Shown: positions 1 through 9,141, numbered from the stretch's first letter. The stretch is 64,000 bases of DNA from Lysobacteraceae bacterium (GCA_041395245.1 JAWLAY010000023.1:7351-71350); one strand, 5' to 3'. The notes: generated by a model not told the origin, from the letters alone. Numbers and translations are program-made.

Positions 1-119
1 CCGCCGCCAGCGCAGCCAGCCGCGCCATGCACGACACCAACATGGCGATTCTGGACGGCATGCGCGCTGATGCCTGCACCGAGCACTACGACGGCGTGTA
101 CTACCTCGGCTGCTGGTGA
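1..119 (+). CDS. 3' end of an unidentified gene running in from the left edge (...AMHDTNMAILDGMRADACTEHYDGVYYLGCW*)
   Basis: Open frame from position 3 to TGA at 117-119, with GC-rich codon usage and a strong hairpin 10 nt downstream; no family recognised. Confidence 0.5.
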   Translation, partial: AASAASRAMHDTNMAILDGMRADACTEHYDGVYYLGCW

Positions 120-128
120 TGCCTCGTA

Positions 129-159
129 CAGAACGGCCCGGAAAATCCGGGCCGTTCTG
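129..159. terminator. Hairpin between convergent genes (probable bidirectional terminator)
   Basis: cagaacggcccgga-aaa-tccgggccgttctg is a perfect 14-bp inverted repeat between two converging stop codons. Confidence 0.7.
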
Positions 160-183
160 CGCAGCGAAACCGATGATCAACCT

Positions 184-696
184 TCAGGCCATGCGAATCC
201 AGCGGACCAGCGTGGCAAAGTTGGGCGGCTTGCCGTGCATCAGCAGGCCAACGCGGAAGATCTTGCCGGCCATCCACACGGTGGCGAAGACCGCGGCAAT
301 GCCGATGGCGATGGACGCGGCGATCTGCCAGGCCGGCGGTGGCACGCTGGACGAGAGCCGCAGCACCATCACGAACGGACTGACCGGCGGAACCAGGCTG
401 GCCACGGTGGCCAGGGTGCCGTTGGGATCACGGCTGATCGGCTGCCACAGCATCATCGGCAGCACCATGGTCAGCATCACCGGCGTCAGCAGCGCCTGCG
501 CCTCGCGCAGCTCGTTCACCGCAGCACCAATCGCCGCCATCAACGCCGCCATGGTGACGAAGGCGATCAGGAAGTAGATCGCCATCCACAGCAACATCAG
601 CGGATCGATGAAACCGGCGCTGGCCAGCGTGACCAGGACGAGGATGCCGAGACCGGCGTAGACGGTCAGCGTGAGCGTGCCCACCGCCAGCGCGCC
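184..696 (-). pseudogene. C-terminal fragment of an ABC-2-type transporter permease (NatB/YhaP-like), 5' part replaced by ISCR DNA
   Basis: Hydrophobic helices with ...AAIGAAVNELREAQALLTPV... and ...GKIFRVGLLMHGKPP...; the upstream frame switches to ISCR leader sequence at about 696. Confidence 0.8.
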
Positions 697-1073
697 GCGG
701 CAATGTCTGACGCGAAGATCAGAACGCACCGATACGAACGTGCGAACACAGGCGCAACACTGAGCAGCCGTCCCCGCACCGGAGCGCTGCGTGCCGCGCC
801 TCGCCACATCCCGGCGGCAAGCCGCGGGATGCGCGCCACTGCCGTCCGCCCACACCGGTTCGCGGTACGCGCGCCACGCGCCCGAGCGCACGCTGCTGTA
901 CGCGTTGGTAGAGGCGCACTACCCGGACTTCATTGCACGGATCGAAGCGGAGGGCCGCTCGCTGCCCGGGTATGTCCGCGAGGCGTTCGATGCCTACCTG
1001 CGTTGCGGCGTGCTCGAGCACGGCTTCCTGCGGGTGGTGTGCGAGCACTGCCGTGCAGAGAGGCTGGTGGCCT
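696..1073 (+). mobile_element. Truncated ISCR3-group (IS91-family) element: leader plus transposase 5' end (GTG 791 to about 1073)
   Basis: MPRLATSRR...PERTLLYALVEAHYPDF...YLRCGVLEHGFLRVVCEHCRAERLVA is homologous to the N-terminal zinc-binding region of the intact transposase at 1330-2871; it breaks off just before the SCKKRG.CPSC motif. Confidence 0.9.
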
Positions 1074-1094
1074 GGGTATAGGAAGTTCAACCGC
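1074..1094 (-). other. oriIS end of the intact ISCR element
   Basis: Minus strand reads GCGGTTGAACTTCCTATACCC, matching the ISCR oriIS pattern (...AACTTCCTATACCC), about 240 bp downstream of the transposase stop. Confidence 0.85.
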
Positions 1095-1329
1095 CCTTTT
1101 TGGCGAGTCTGGCGGGTAGGAAGCGGCCGCGCAAGCGCCGCTTTGGGCACAGATCGGGCACAGATCGGGGGTTCATGCGTGGGTTTTCGACATCGCGGGG
1201 CCACGCAGCGGCTCAGTGCGTAGCCATTTCTCACCGAATCCCGGCACAGGGCCGAGCGCAGCCCTGCGGGGTCGTGGCCGCATCGGATCGGACTCTGGCT
1301 TGGCTGCCGGCTGTGTGGCCGGCACCTCG

Positions 1330-2871
1330 TCACGCGGCCGGCGGCGGCGCGCGCGCTGCGGGCCGGTAGTGCGCTTGCTCCAGCGCGCCGTGCTTCTCGA
1401 AGTGGGCGAGGATGGCGCGGATGGCGGTGGGTTCCTCGATGCTGGCGACGATCCGTACCGCGCCGCCGCAGTGGGCGCAGGTGGTGATGTCGATGGAAAA
1501 GACCCGCTTGAGCCGTTGCGCCCAGCTCATCGCACGGCGCTTCTGCTCGGGGCTGCGCGGCTCGTCGTGGGCGCTGACGTCCACTGGCGCCGCATCGCCC
1601 GCAGGCCGCTTGCCGCGCCCCGAGGGCGTCAGCTGCGCACGCAGGTTTGCATTCGGGGCGAATACGCCGTGGAAGCGGGTGAGATGCGCGCGAGGTGGCG
1701 GGACCAGTGCCGCCAGCTTGGCGATGAAGTCCACCGCATCCCATTCGACATGCGTGGTCCCATTTCGCCACGGCGTCTTGAGCTGATACCGCACCCTGCC
1801 CTGCGGTGAGATCGACAGCCGCTGCTCGCTGATCGCCGGGCGCGTGATGTAGCGGCACAGCTTTTCGAGCTTGTGGCTTTCGTGTGCTTCCGCGGCCACG
1901 CCGGCATGCAGCGAGAAGCCGCCGACCTTGCCGGCATCGCCCTCCAGCGAGCCTGCGTCACCGGGCAATGTTTGCAGCGTGACGACCTTGCGGCCAGCGT
2001 CGCGACCGGTGGCGATGCGGTAGGTCATCGAACTCATCCGCAGCCCATCCATGCCGTCGTCGCTACCCGCGCTGTCGGACAGGAACACGGATTCGTCTTC
2101 GCCTTCGAGCCAGCCGCGGCGCGACAGGTGCCGGCACACGCGATGCGCGATGGTGTTGGCGAGCTGCGTCAGTTGCGCAGAGGTGGGGGCACGGGCGCGG
2201 CGCAGGCGCGGCTTGCGCCGCGGGGGCTCGACGTTCGCGTCGTACACGCCGTCGAGCCACAGCATGTGGAAGTGAACATTCAGGTTCAGCGCGCTGCCGA
2301 AGCGCTGGATCAGGGTCACCGCACCGCATTGCGCCGTATCCCGCGGCACGCCGGCCTGATCGGCAAGCCAACCGGCGATCACACGATGCACGATGCCCAG
2401 CACCGGGCTGATGGCATCCGGTTTGCCGGCGAACAGGAAGCGCAACGGGTACGGGAAACTCAGCACCCATTGCCGCACCGGCCGCGGGCCGAACACCTCG
2501 TCCACCAGATGCCGCGCCGACTCGGCCATGCGCCGCGCGCCGCAGCTCGGGCACAGCCCGCGCTTCTTGCAGGAATACGCCACCAGCCTCTCGGCACGAC
2601 AGTGCTCGCAGACCACGCGCAGGAAGCCGTGCTCGAGCACGCCGCAGCGCAGGTAGGTCTCGAACTCCTCGCGCACATACTCGGGCAGCGGGCGGTCTTC
2701 TACCTCACGGCGCGCGAGAAAGTCCGGCCAATGCGCCTGCACCAGCGAATACAGCAGCGTGCGCTCGGGACGGTGAGGCGCATAGCGAGCCGTGGGCAGA
2801 TGCGCTGCCGGCGACGTTGCGTGCGCCACGGCATCCTGCAGCTGCGACACGGTCGCGGCGAGGCGCGGCAC
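1330..2871 (-). CDS. IS91/ISCR-family rolling-circle transposase (513 aa)
   Basis: Zinc-binding CEHC...CKKRGLCPSC, HUH motif NVHFHML, Y2 region KLCRYITRP and C-terminal CAHCGG. Confidence 0.95.
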   Translation of the reverse strand: MPRLAATVSQLQDAVAHATSPAAHLPTARYAPHRPERTLLYSLVQAHWPDFLARREVEDRPLPEYVREEFETYLRCGVLEHGFLRVVCEHCRAERLVAYSCKKRGLCPSCGARRMAESARHLVDEVFGPRPVRQWVLSFPYPLRFLFAGKPDAISPVLGIVHRVIAGWLADQAGVPRDTAQCGAVTLIQRFGSALNLNVHFHMLWLDGVYDANVEPPRRKPRLRRARAPTSAQLTQLANTIAHRVCRHLSRRGWLEGEDESVFLSDSAGSDDGMDGLRMSSMTYRIATGRDAGRKVVTLQTLPGDAGSLEGDAGKVGGFSLHAGVAAEAHESHKLEKLCRYITRPAISEQRLSISPQGRVRYQLKTPWRNGTTHVEWDAVDFIAKLAALVPPPRAHLTRFHGVFAPNANLRAQLTPSGRGKRPAGDAAPVDVSAHDEPRSPEQKRRAMSWAQRLKRVFSIDITTCAHCGGAVRIVASIEEPTAIRAILAHFEKHGALEQAHYRPAARAPPPAA

Positions 2872-3005
2872 GAAACACTCCGGTGCAGGGAATGGCTGCT
2901 CAAGCTTGCGCCCGCCCCGGCCGGTTCATATCGGCCTTTTCCGGTTTTCGTATCGGACATCGCCGCGCTTAAGACAGGGCGTTTCCCACGTCGGACGCCA
3001 GAAAG

Positions 3006-3036
3006 CACGAAGCCCGGCAAAAGGCCGGGCTTCGTG
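3006..3036 (-). terminator. Terminator of the captured groEL fragment
   Basis: cacgaagcccggc-aaaag-gccgggcttcgtg, a 13-bp inverted repeat about 80 nt after the groEL stop. Confidence 0.75.
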
Positions 3037-3114
3037 GTCACGCTTGCTTGCTGGAGGGCGCGGTTCGCCCGCCGCGCGGACGCCTTCGCTCCACCACTGG
3101 CGCGATGGGCGGAC

Positions 3115-3325
3115 TTAGAAGTCCATACCGCCCATGCCACCCATGCCGCCACCACCGTGGTCGTGGGCCGGGGCTTCCTTCTTCGGCAGCTCGGCGACCA
3201 TGGCTTCGGTGGTGATCATCAGGCCGGCGATCGAGGCGGCGTTCTGCAGGGCAGAACGGGTCACCTTGGTCGGGTCGAGGATACCCATGGCGATCATGTC
3301 GCCGAATTCGCCGGTGGCGGCGTTG
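3115..3325 (-). pseudogene. groEL: groEL 3' fragment (about 69 codons) carried by the ISCR element
   Basis: [50 protein letters not shown]...[11 protein letters not shown]. Confidence 0.95.
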
Positions 3326-4011
3326 GCACGGTGCGGCAGTCGGCCGACTCGGCGCAGCAGGCTAGCCGGCTCTCGGCCGAGACGCAGGTCATTGCCGACC
3401 GCGGCAGAGTGGCGGTGGACGAGGTGGGTAGCACCATGCGCGTCATCCAGGAGTCGTCGCAGCGCATTAGCGAGATCACCCAGGTCATCGATAGCATCGC
3501 GTTTCAGACTAACATCCTTGCGCTGAACGCGGCGGTGGAGGCTGCACGCGCAGGCGAACAGGGGCGGGGGTTCGCGGTGGTGGCGGCCGAGGTACGGGCA
3601 CTGGCGCAGCGCAGTGCCGGGGCGGCCAAAGAAATCAAACAACTCATCGATGACTCAGTTTCCAAGGTGGAAACCGGCCACGAGAAGACTGAGGTGGCAC
3701 GCAAGACCATGGGCGAGGTGGTGGACAGCGTGCGCCGCGTCAACGCGCTGGTCGACGAGATCAGTCACGCCGCGCGTGAACAGCTCAGCGGCATCTCGCA
3801 GGTCAACGATGCGGTGATGCAGCTCGACACCATCACGCAGCAGAACGCGGCGCTGGTGGAGCAGATCGCGGCTTCGGCGCGTTCGCTGGAGGGCGTGGCG
3901 CACAACACCACCGAGACGGTGCAAGTGTTCCGTATCGACAGCGGCGCCAGCTCCATCACCGACGCGGTGGCGCTCAGGCGTCAGTTCAAAGAACCGAAGC
4001 CAATGCTCTGA
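3325..4011 (+). pseudogene. C-terminal signalling domain of a methyl-accepting chemotaxis protein, 5'-truncated
   Basis: MCP hairpin motif [40 protein letters not shown]; no start, abuts the groEL fragment at 3325. Confidence 0.9.
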
Positions 4012-4051
4012 CAAGAGTCAGCAAGCTTCACTTCCGATTCCCGGGTGACCG

Positions 4052-4332
4052 ATGCAGCTTTACAAACGGATATTCGAAGCGACGCCCGATGGTATGCTGG
4101 TTGTCGGGCGGGATGGTGTTGTCATTGATGCCAATGCTCAGGCCAGCGCCATGTTCGGCTACGCGCCACGCGAACTGATCGGACAGCCGGTCGAGCTGTT
4201 GGTGCCGGATCACTTCAAGCCTGGCCACGTCGAACACCGCACCGGCTATGCGAGCGACCCCCGCGCGCGCCGCATGGGCGAGCGCATGACGCTGGCCGGG
4301 CGGCGCAAGGACGGTAGCGAGCTTCCCATTGA
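4052..4332 (+). pseudogene. N-terminal PAS domain of a sensor protein, interrupted by the ISL3 element
   Basis: IFEATPDGMLVV...ANAQASAMFGYAPRELIGQPVELLVP...GRRKDGSELPIE, ending at the IS left end. Confidence 0.85.
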
Positions 4333-5656
4333 GCCTCCTTTGAACTTCGAGTGGGTAGCCGGCGACAATCCGCGGCGGGTTCATTGACTCGCGAGAGGAA
4401 TGCGTGGCGGAGAGCAAGCTGTTCGAGGCGGCGCTGGGCGTCGAGGCGCCTTGGTTTGTCAGCGGGACGGAATTCGATGGTGGTCGCAGGCAGCTGACGA
4501 TCAAGATCGACTTCGTGGCAGGCAGCCGGTTCACGCATCCTGATGTGCCAGGCGCGCACCCGGTTCACGACACGCAGACCAAGCGTTATCGGCATCTGAA
4601 CTTCTTTCAGCACGACTGTTTCCTGGAAGTGCGAGTGCCTCGCCTGAAACTGCCGGACGGACGCGTGGCGCTGATTCAGCCGGACTGGGCGGGAAAGCTG
4701 TCCGGCTTCACCCTGTTGTTCGAAGCGCTCGTGCTGACGCTCTGCCAGCAGATGCCGTTCGCCGCTGTCGCGCGGCTCGTCGGCGAGAGCTGGCATCGCG
4801 TTCACGCGATTTGCTCGCGCTATGTCGACCTCGCGGTGGACGCTGTGGACCTATCCTCGGTAACGGCTCTGGCGATCGATGAGACGTCCTACCGTCGTGG
4901 TCACCACTATCTGACGCTGGCGGCCGACGCGAACCGCCGCAGCGTGGTGTTCGTCACGCCCGGGCGCGGCAGCGACACGCTGGGCAGACTGGCTGAGCAT
5001 CTGGAAGCCCATCAGGCGTCACCCGAGCAGATCGAGTCGGTAAGCATCGACATGTCGCCTGCTTATATTCGAGGCGTCGCCGAGCACCTGCCCGAAGCCC
5101 GCATCACCTTCGACAAGTTCCACGTGATCGCCCAGGCCTCCACTGCGCTCGACCGGGTCCGTCGGCAGGAGCAGCGCGCCGATCCCGATCTCAAGGGGCT
5201 GCGCTGGTCGCTGCTCAAGGATCGAGACCGCCTGAGTACCGCACAGCGCGGTGATCTGGATGCGCTGATTGCCAAGGCTGCCACGAAGCGCACCGCACGC
5301 GCCTGGCTCTATCGAGAACACCTGCGCGAGATCCTGGAGCGCAAACAGATCAATGTCGTGTCGAGCATGCTGCGGCAGTGGTGCACCAACGTCATGCGCT
5401 CCAAGGTCGAGCCCATGAAGGATGTCGCGAGGATGATTCGTCGCCACTTCGACGGCATCGTCGCCTGGACGCAGACCCGACAGACCAATGGCTTCCTCGA
5501 AGCGCTCAACGGCCTGTTCCAAGCCGCCAAGCGCAAGGCTCGGGGATACGGCCGCTTCGAGACCATGCGCACCGTCCTGTTCCTGATCGCGGGCAAGCTC
5601 GATTTCAGGAGCATCAATCCTCACGTGGCGTAACCCACTCGGATTTCAGAAGAGCC
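4333..5656 (+). mobile_element. ISL3-family insertion sequence
   Basis: Imperfect terminal IRs: left GCCTCCTTTGAACTTCGAGTGGGT versus reverse complement of right GGCTCTTCTGAAATCCGAGTGGGT; no target duplication (cccattga versus gaaaaggt). Confidence 0.88.
4404..5633 (+). CDS. ISL3-family DDE transposase (409 aa)
   Basis: AIDETSYRRGHHYLT, SIDMSPAYIRGV...FDKFHV and TNGFLEALNGLFQAAKRKARGY motifs. Confidence 0.95.
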   Translation: MAESKLFEAALGVEAPWFVSGTEFDGGRRQLTIKIDFVAGSRFTHPDVPGAHPVHDTQTKRYRHLNFFQHDCFLEVRVPRLKLPDGRVALIQPDWAGKLSGFTLLFEALVLTLCQQMPFAAVARLVGESWHRVHAICSRYVDLAVDAVDLSSVTALAIDETSYRRGHHYLTLAADANRRSVVFVTPGRGSDTLGRLAEHLEAHQASPEQIESVSIDMSPAYIRGVAEHLPEARITFDKFHVIAQASTALDRVRRQEQRADPDLKGLRWSLLKDRDRLSTAQRGDLDALIAKAATKRTARAWLYREHLREILERKQINVVSSMLRQWCTNVMRSKVEPMKDVARMIRRHFDGIVAWTQTRQTNGFLEALNGLFQAAKRKARGYGRFETMRTVLFLIAGKLDFRSINPHVA

Positions 5657-6046
5657 GAAAAGGTGATGTATCGGCTGCTCGATCCCGAACAGTATTGCGG
5701 GCGCGACGTGCTGGTGGTCGGCGGCGGTGACAGCGCCGTCGAAGCAGCGCTTGCCTGCGCCGCCGCCGGTGCCCGCGTGACGCTCAGTTATCGCGGCGAC
5801 GCCTTCAATCGGGTCAAGCGCAAGAACCGCGAGCGTCTCGAAGCGGCCGTCGCCCAGCAAGCGCTTTCCCTGCGACTGCGCAGTGAAGTCGCAGCGATCC
5901 ATCCCGAGCGCGTTACGCTGAGCGGTGACGGGTCGACCAAAGATATTCCCAACGACTTCGTGGTGGTCTGCGCGGGCGGCGTACTTCCGATGGATTTGCT
6001 GCGCGCCATCGGTATCCAGTTCGAGACCAAGTTCGGCACCGCCTAA
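5657..6046 (+). pseudogene. C-terminal fragment of an FAD/NAD(P)-dependent oxidoreductase (thioredoxin-reductase-like)
   Basis: KVMYRLLDPEQY.GRDVLVVGGGDSAVEAA (NAD(P)H-binding GGGDSA); starts abruptly at the IS right end. Confidence 0.85.
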
Positions 6047-6194
6047 GGCATGCACCGCGCCGCCCAAATAGGAGGCGCCTTCGTGCGGGAGAATCCTTTC
6101 CTCGACTCCCCTCGCCAGTTTCCGCAGCACAGGCGACGCCAGCCAACCGCCGTGCAACGGGCTTGCGGCGATGTCGCCAAGGCGTGACAGATGC

Positions 6195-7850
6195 TTATCC
6201 ATTGCCACTGCCGTCCGCTTTCGGCGCAGACGGATCGATCACGATGGCGCGCCCGGCGATCAGTTCCTGCGCGCTGATCGCCAACCATTCAGCGCGCTTG
6301 TAGCGGGTCCGCGCTTCCACCTTGGCATCGGGCAGCAAGCGGACGCGCTTGCTGCGCATCATCAATACGGCTTGCGGATGCTCAACGCTCCACGCCAGCG
6401 CATGACGGGCGGAAACCGGCTCGACGCGCTGGCGCAGACGACCTGCGAAGTGCAGCTCACCCTGATAGATCCCGACGTAGGCAACCGTGCGACCTTGCGC
6501 CTGTTGCGCGGCGGCAAAGGCCGCGATGGACCGCAGATCGTAGTCGTCACGCAGCGTTGGCATGACTCCCAATAGCAGCGCCGCAACGGCCAGCAGATTG
6601 GCCAGCGCGAGACGCGGCGCAACCCGACTGGCAAGCCCACGACCCAACGCTAGCATGGCGACCGCACTGACCACCGCCATCGACACCGCCAACCAATGCA
6701 CGATCCCCGGAGGCTGGGCACCTGGCCAGCGACTGGGCAGCAGCAGAATGAGCGCTGGAAATACGACGCCACCGAGCAAGGCCGGTGGAATCATCTGCCA
6801 TCGTGTCGTCTGAACCTCATGACGCAGCAGTGCCGCCGCCACCGGCAGGGCCAGTGCCGCGAAGATCGGGATCAGGTAGTGCACTTGTTTACCCGACACC
6901 AGCATCAAGGCCAGCAGCGCAGGCAAAGCCACCCACAGCATCATCACGTCGCGTTTCTGCGCGGCCTGTTTCCAGCTACCCCAGAGTACTCGCCAGAGTG
7001 GCCACCACAGCAGCCAGGGCAGACCCAGCAGGAACAGAAAGGGCAGGTACCAGTAGAACGGCCGCGGGTGACCCATGGCGCCCTGCACGCGATGCGCGGT
7101 CTGCCCGATCACCAGATCGTGGAAGTACTGATCGCCGCCCTGCAATCCGGCCGCAAGCGCCCACAAGGCCACCGGAACAAACATGCCCAGCAGCGCCAGC
7201 ACGGCGCGCCCGACTCGAATGGGTGGCACGCCCGCAGGACGCCAGAAGCGCACAAACAGCAGCGCGGGCAGCACGTACAGCAAAGTCACCGGGCCTTTGG
7301 TCAGCATGCCGAGTGCGCCGCCCAACGCGAACAGTCCCCAATCCCGCCATCGACCGTCCACCACGGCGGCATGCAGACCCAGCCAGGCCAGGCAAAGCGT
7401 GGCCAGCAACAAGGCATCAAACATGATGCCGGTCTGGTAGATCGCGAGGTAGGTCGTGCTGACCAACAACAACGCCGCATAGGCACCCGCTCGCGCCTGC
7501 TGGGGGTACAGCCGCTGACCGAGTCGCCGCAGGGCGAGCGCCGCACCGACCAGTGCGAGCGGACCAATCAGTCGTGGCCACCAGTCATTGACGCCGAACA
7601 CGCTCCAGCCGAGGTGGATCAGCCAGAACAGCAGCGGTGGCTTGTGATCGTAGGGGTGTCCGTTGATCCAGGGCAGGACGAAATCATCCTTCCACCACAT
7701 TTCCCAGGCCACCGCCAGGTAGCGGGTTTCGTCAACCGGAAAGGCAAACGGCCTCGCCAACAGCCCTGTCAGTGCGACCAGGGCGATGCCCGCCAGCATG
7801 GCGGCGAACGGCGTGACGAGCACGCTGGGTTGGGAACGGAACTGAGACAT
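6195..7850 (-). CDS. ArnT-like GT39 family glycosyltransferase
   Basis: DETRYLAVAWEM, Y.HKPPLLFWLI, LTKGPV and GHPRPFYWY motifs; polytopic membrane protein. Confidence 0.9.
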   Translation of the reverse strand: MSQFRSQPSVLVTPFAAMLAGIALVALTGLLARPFAFPVDETRYLAVAWEMWWKDDFVLPWINGHPYDHKPPLLFWLIHLGWSVFGVNDWWPRLIGPLALVGAALALRRLGQRLYPQQARAGAYAALLLVSTTYLAIYQTGIMFDALLLATLCLAWLGLHAAVVDGRWRDWGLFALGGALGMLTKGPVTLLYVLPALLFVRFWRPAGVPPIRVGRAVLALLGMFVPVALWALAAGLQGGDQYFHDLVIGQTAHRVQGAMGHPRPFYWYLPFLFLLGLPWLLWWPLWRVLWGSWKQAAQKRDVMMLWVALPALLALMLVSGKQVHYLIPIFAALALPVAAALLRHEVQTTRWQMIPPALLGGVVFPALILLLPSRWPGAQPPGIVHWLAVSMAVVSAVAMLALGRGLASRVAPRLALANLLAVAALLLGVMPTLRDDYDLRSIAAFAAAQQAQGRTVAYVGIYQGELHFAGRLRQRVEPVSARHALAWSVEHPQAVLMMRSKRVRLLPDAKVEARTRYKRAEWLAISAQELIAGRAIVIDPSAPKADGSGNG

Positions 7851-7908
7851 CGATCACACTGTAAAAATATGTCGATGCCCAGCTTGCCAAGCGAGTGTTA
7901 AGACTTCC

Positions 7909-9141
7909 TCAAGAAGGCGGCAAACGGTTGCAACGCGTGTCCAGCTCGACCGAGAACAACTGGCTGCTATCCAGGCCGCAGCGTACCCGCCAGCCCAGCA
8001 CGGATGCCATGCGCTCGACCATCGTGATCCCGATGCCCTGATCGCTGCGGCTGGGCATCCAGTGCTGCACCGCGTCGCCGAGTCGTAGACAGCCATCGGC
8101 AACATGCAGTGGCAACAGGCCGGGTGGACGTTGATCCACCACCGCTCGAAGCAGATTCGACAGCATGGTCTCCAGCCAACGTCGTGGCGCGGTCACCAAC
8201 GCGTCCTCGGTGCATTGAATATCGAGCGTCACGCCACGGTGCGTGAGCCGCGATGCCATGCGGTCCGCCGCCACCTCGAGCTGCGACTTGAAACGCAATG
8301 ACTCGCCCTCGCCTGGCCCTCGCGCGATCGAGATCAACGCATCCAGCAGCCAATGCAGATGAACGACGGATCGCTCCACACGCTCCAGACGTCGCCGCTG
8401 CGGTGCACTGGCCGACGGGTCGTCCAACAGCACCTCCACCGCACCGCGCAGCGCCGTGATCGGTGATCGCAGCTCGTGGCTGGCATTGGCGAAAAAGATC
8501 TTCTGCGCACTCGCTGCCTCAGCCAGACGCAATTGGTAGTGATCGATGGCGCTCGCCAGTCGACCCAATCCATCGGACGGCAAGCTGGCCGCCAGCGCGG
8601 TCGGAACCGGCTCGGTTGGCAGGGACGCGACCGCCTTTGCGAGGGTGTCCACGGGCCCCAGGGCGCGACCCGCCAGCCACCACCCGATTGCCGTCGTCAC
8701 ACCGGCACTGAGCAGCACCAGCATCCTGATCCAGAATTGCAGGGCTTCTTCCAGCTCTTCGATCTGACCGATGTCGATCCGGTAAACCAGCATTCCTTCG
8801 GCGGCTTCAAACACGCCGACGTGCGGCTCCTCGCCTGCCTCGGTGCGGTACTCGTGGATGCCCGGACGTAGCCCACGCAGCGCCTCCGGAAGGCGGGGCG
8901 AATCCATGTCCGGCACCAGCCATCCCTCAAGATGGCGCGTTTGCGGCATTCGCGGAATCAGTCCATCGGCGATGTCGGCCCGCGCCGCATCGGCCTCAGC
9001 GGAAAGCACCGTGCGGAGGATGATGTGCTCGTAGCGCTCGGCGGTCTGCATCAAGGTGTAAGAAAACGTCGAACCCAGCGCGAGTCCAAGCACGCCAATG
9101 GTGATCGCCACACGCGCTCGAATGGACCATTGCCGCCTCAT
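7909..9141 (-). CDS. ColS-like membrane sensor histidine kinase with a degenerate ATPase domain
   Basis: Two TM segments, HAMP, H-box ASHELRSPI; N-box reads SNLLRAVVD and no DxGxG G1 box. Confidence 0.8.
   Translation of the reverse strand: MRRQWSIRARVAITIGVLGLALGSTFSYTLMQTAERYEHIILRTVLSAEADAARADIADGLIPRMPQTRHLEGWLVPDMDSPRLPEALRGLRPGIHEYRTEAGEEPHVGVFEAAEGMLVYRIDIGQIEELEEALQFWIRMLVLLSAGVTTAIGWWLAGRALGPVDTLAKAVASLPTEPVPTALAASLPSDGLGRLASAIDHYQLRLAEAASAQKIFFANASHELRSPITALRGAVEVLLDDPSASAPQRRRLERVERSVVHLHWLLDALISIARGPGEGESLRFKSQLEVAADRMASRLTHRGVTLDIQCTEDALVTAPRRWLETMLSNLLRAVVDQRPPGLLPLHVADGCLRLGDAVQHWMPSRSDQGIGITMVERMASVLGWRVRCGLDSSQLFSVELDTRCNRLPPS

Larger units (their letters stand above)
1074..3325 (-). 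mobile_element. ISCR3-group rolling-circle element with captured groEL 3' end
   Basis: oriIS, full IS91-family transposase and upstream groEL fragment with its terminator, the organisation known for ISCR3-like elements; no terminal inverted repeats. Confidence 0.88.

Noticed and set aside
70-1119. 349-aa plus-strand ORF
   Set aside because: Mostly antisense to the permease and off-frame to the transposase; only the short segment from 703 is of interest and is reported separately.
1146-1170. Tandem GGCACAGATCG repeat
   Set aside because: Part of the ISCR 3' non-coding region; two copies only, not a CRISPR or VNTR.
1873-4011. 712-aa ORF ending in an MCP domain
   Set aside because: Artefact: the first 480 or so codons are the antisense of the ISCR transposase and groEL fragment; only 3325-4011 is MCP.
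6090-6186. AGGAGG followed by a GTG-started 34-codon frame after the oxidoreductase
   Set aside because: Could be the stub of another truncated gene marking the right edge of the mosaic, but it is too short to support.
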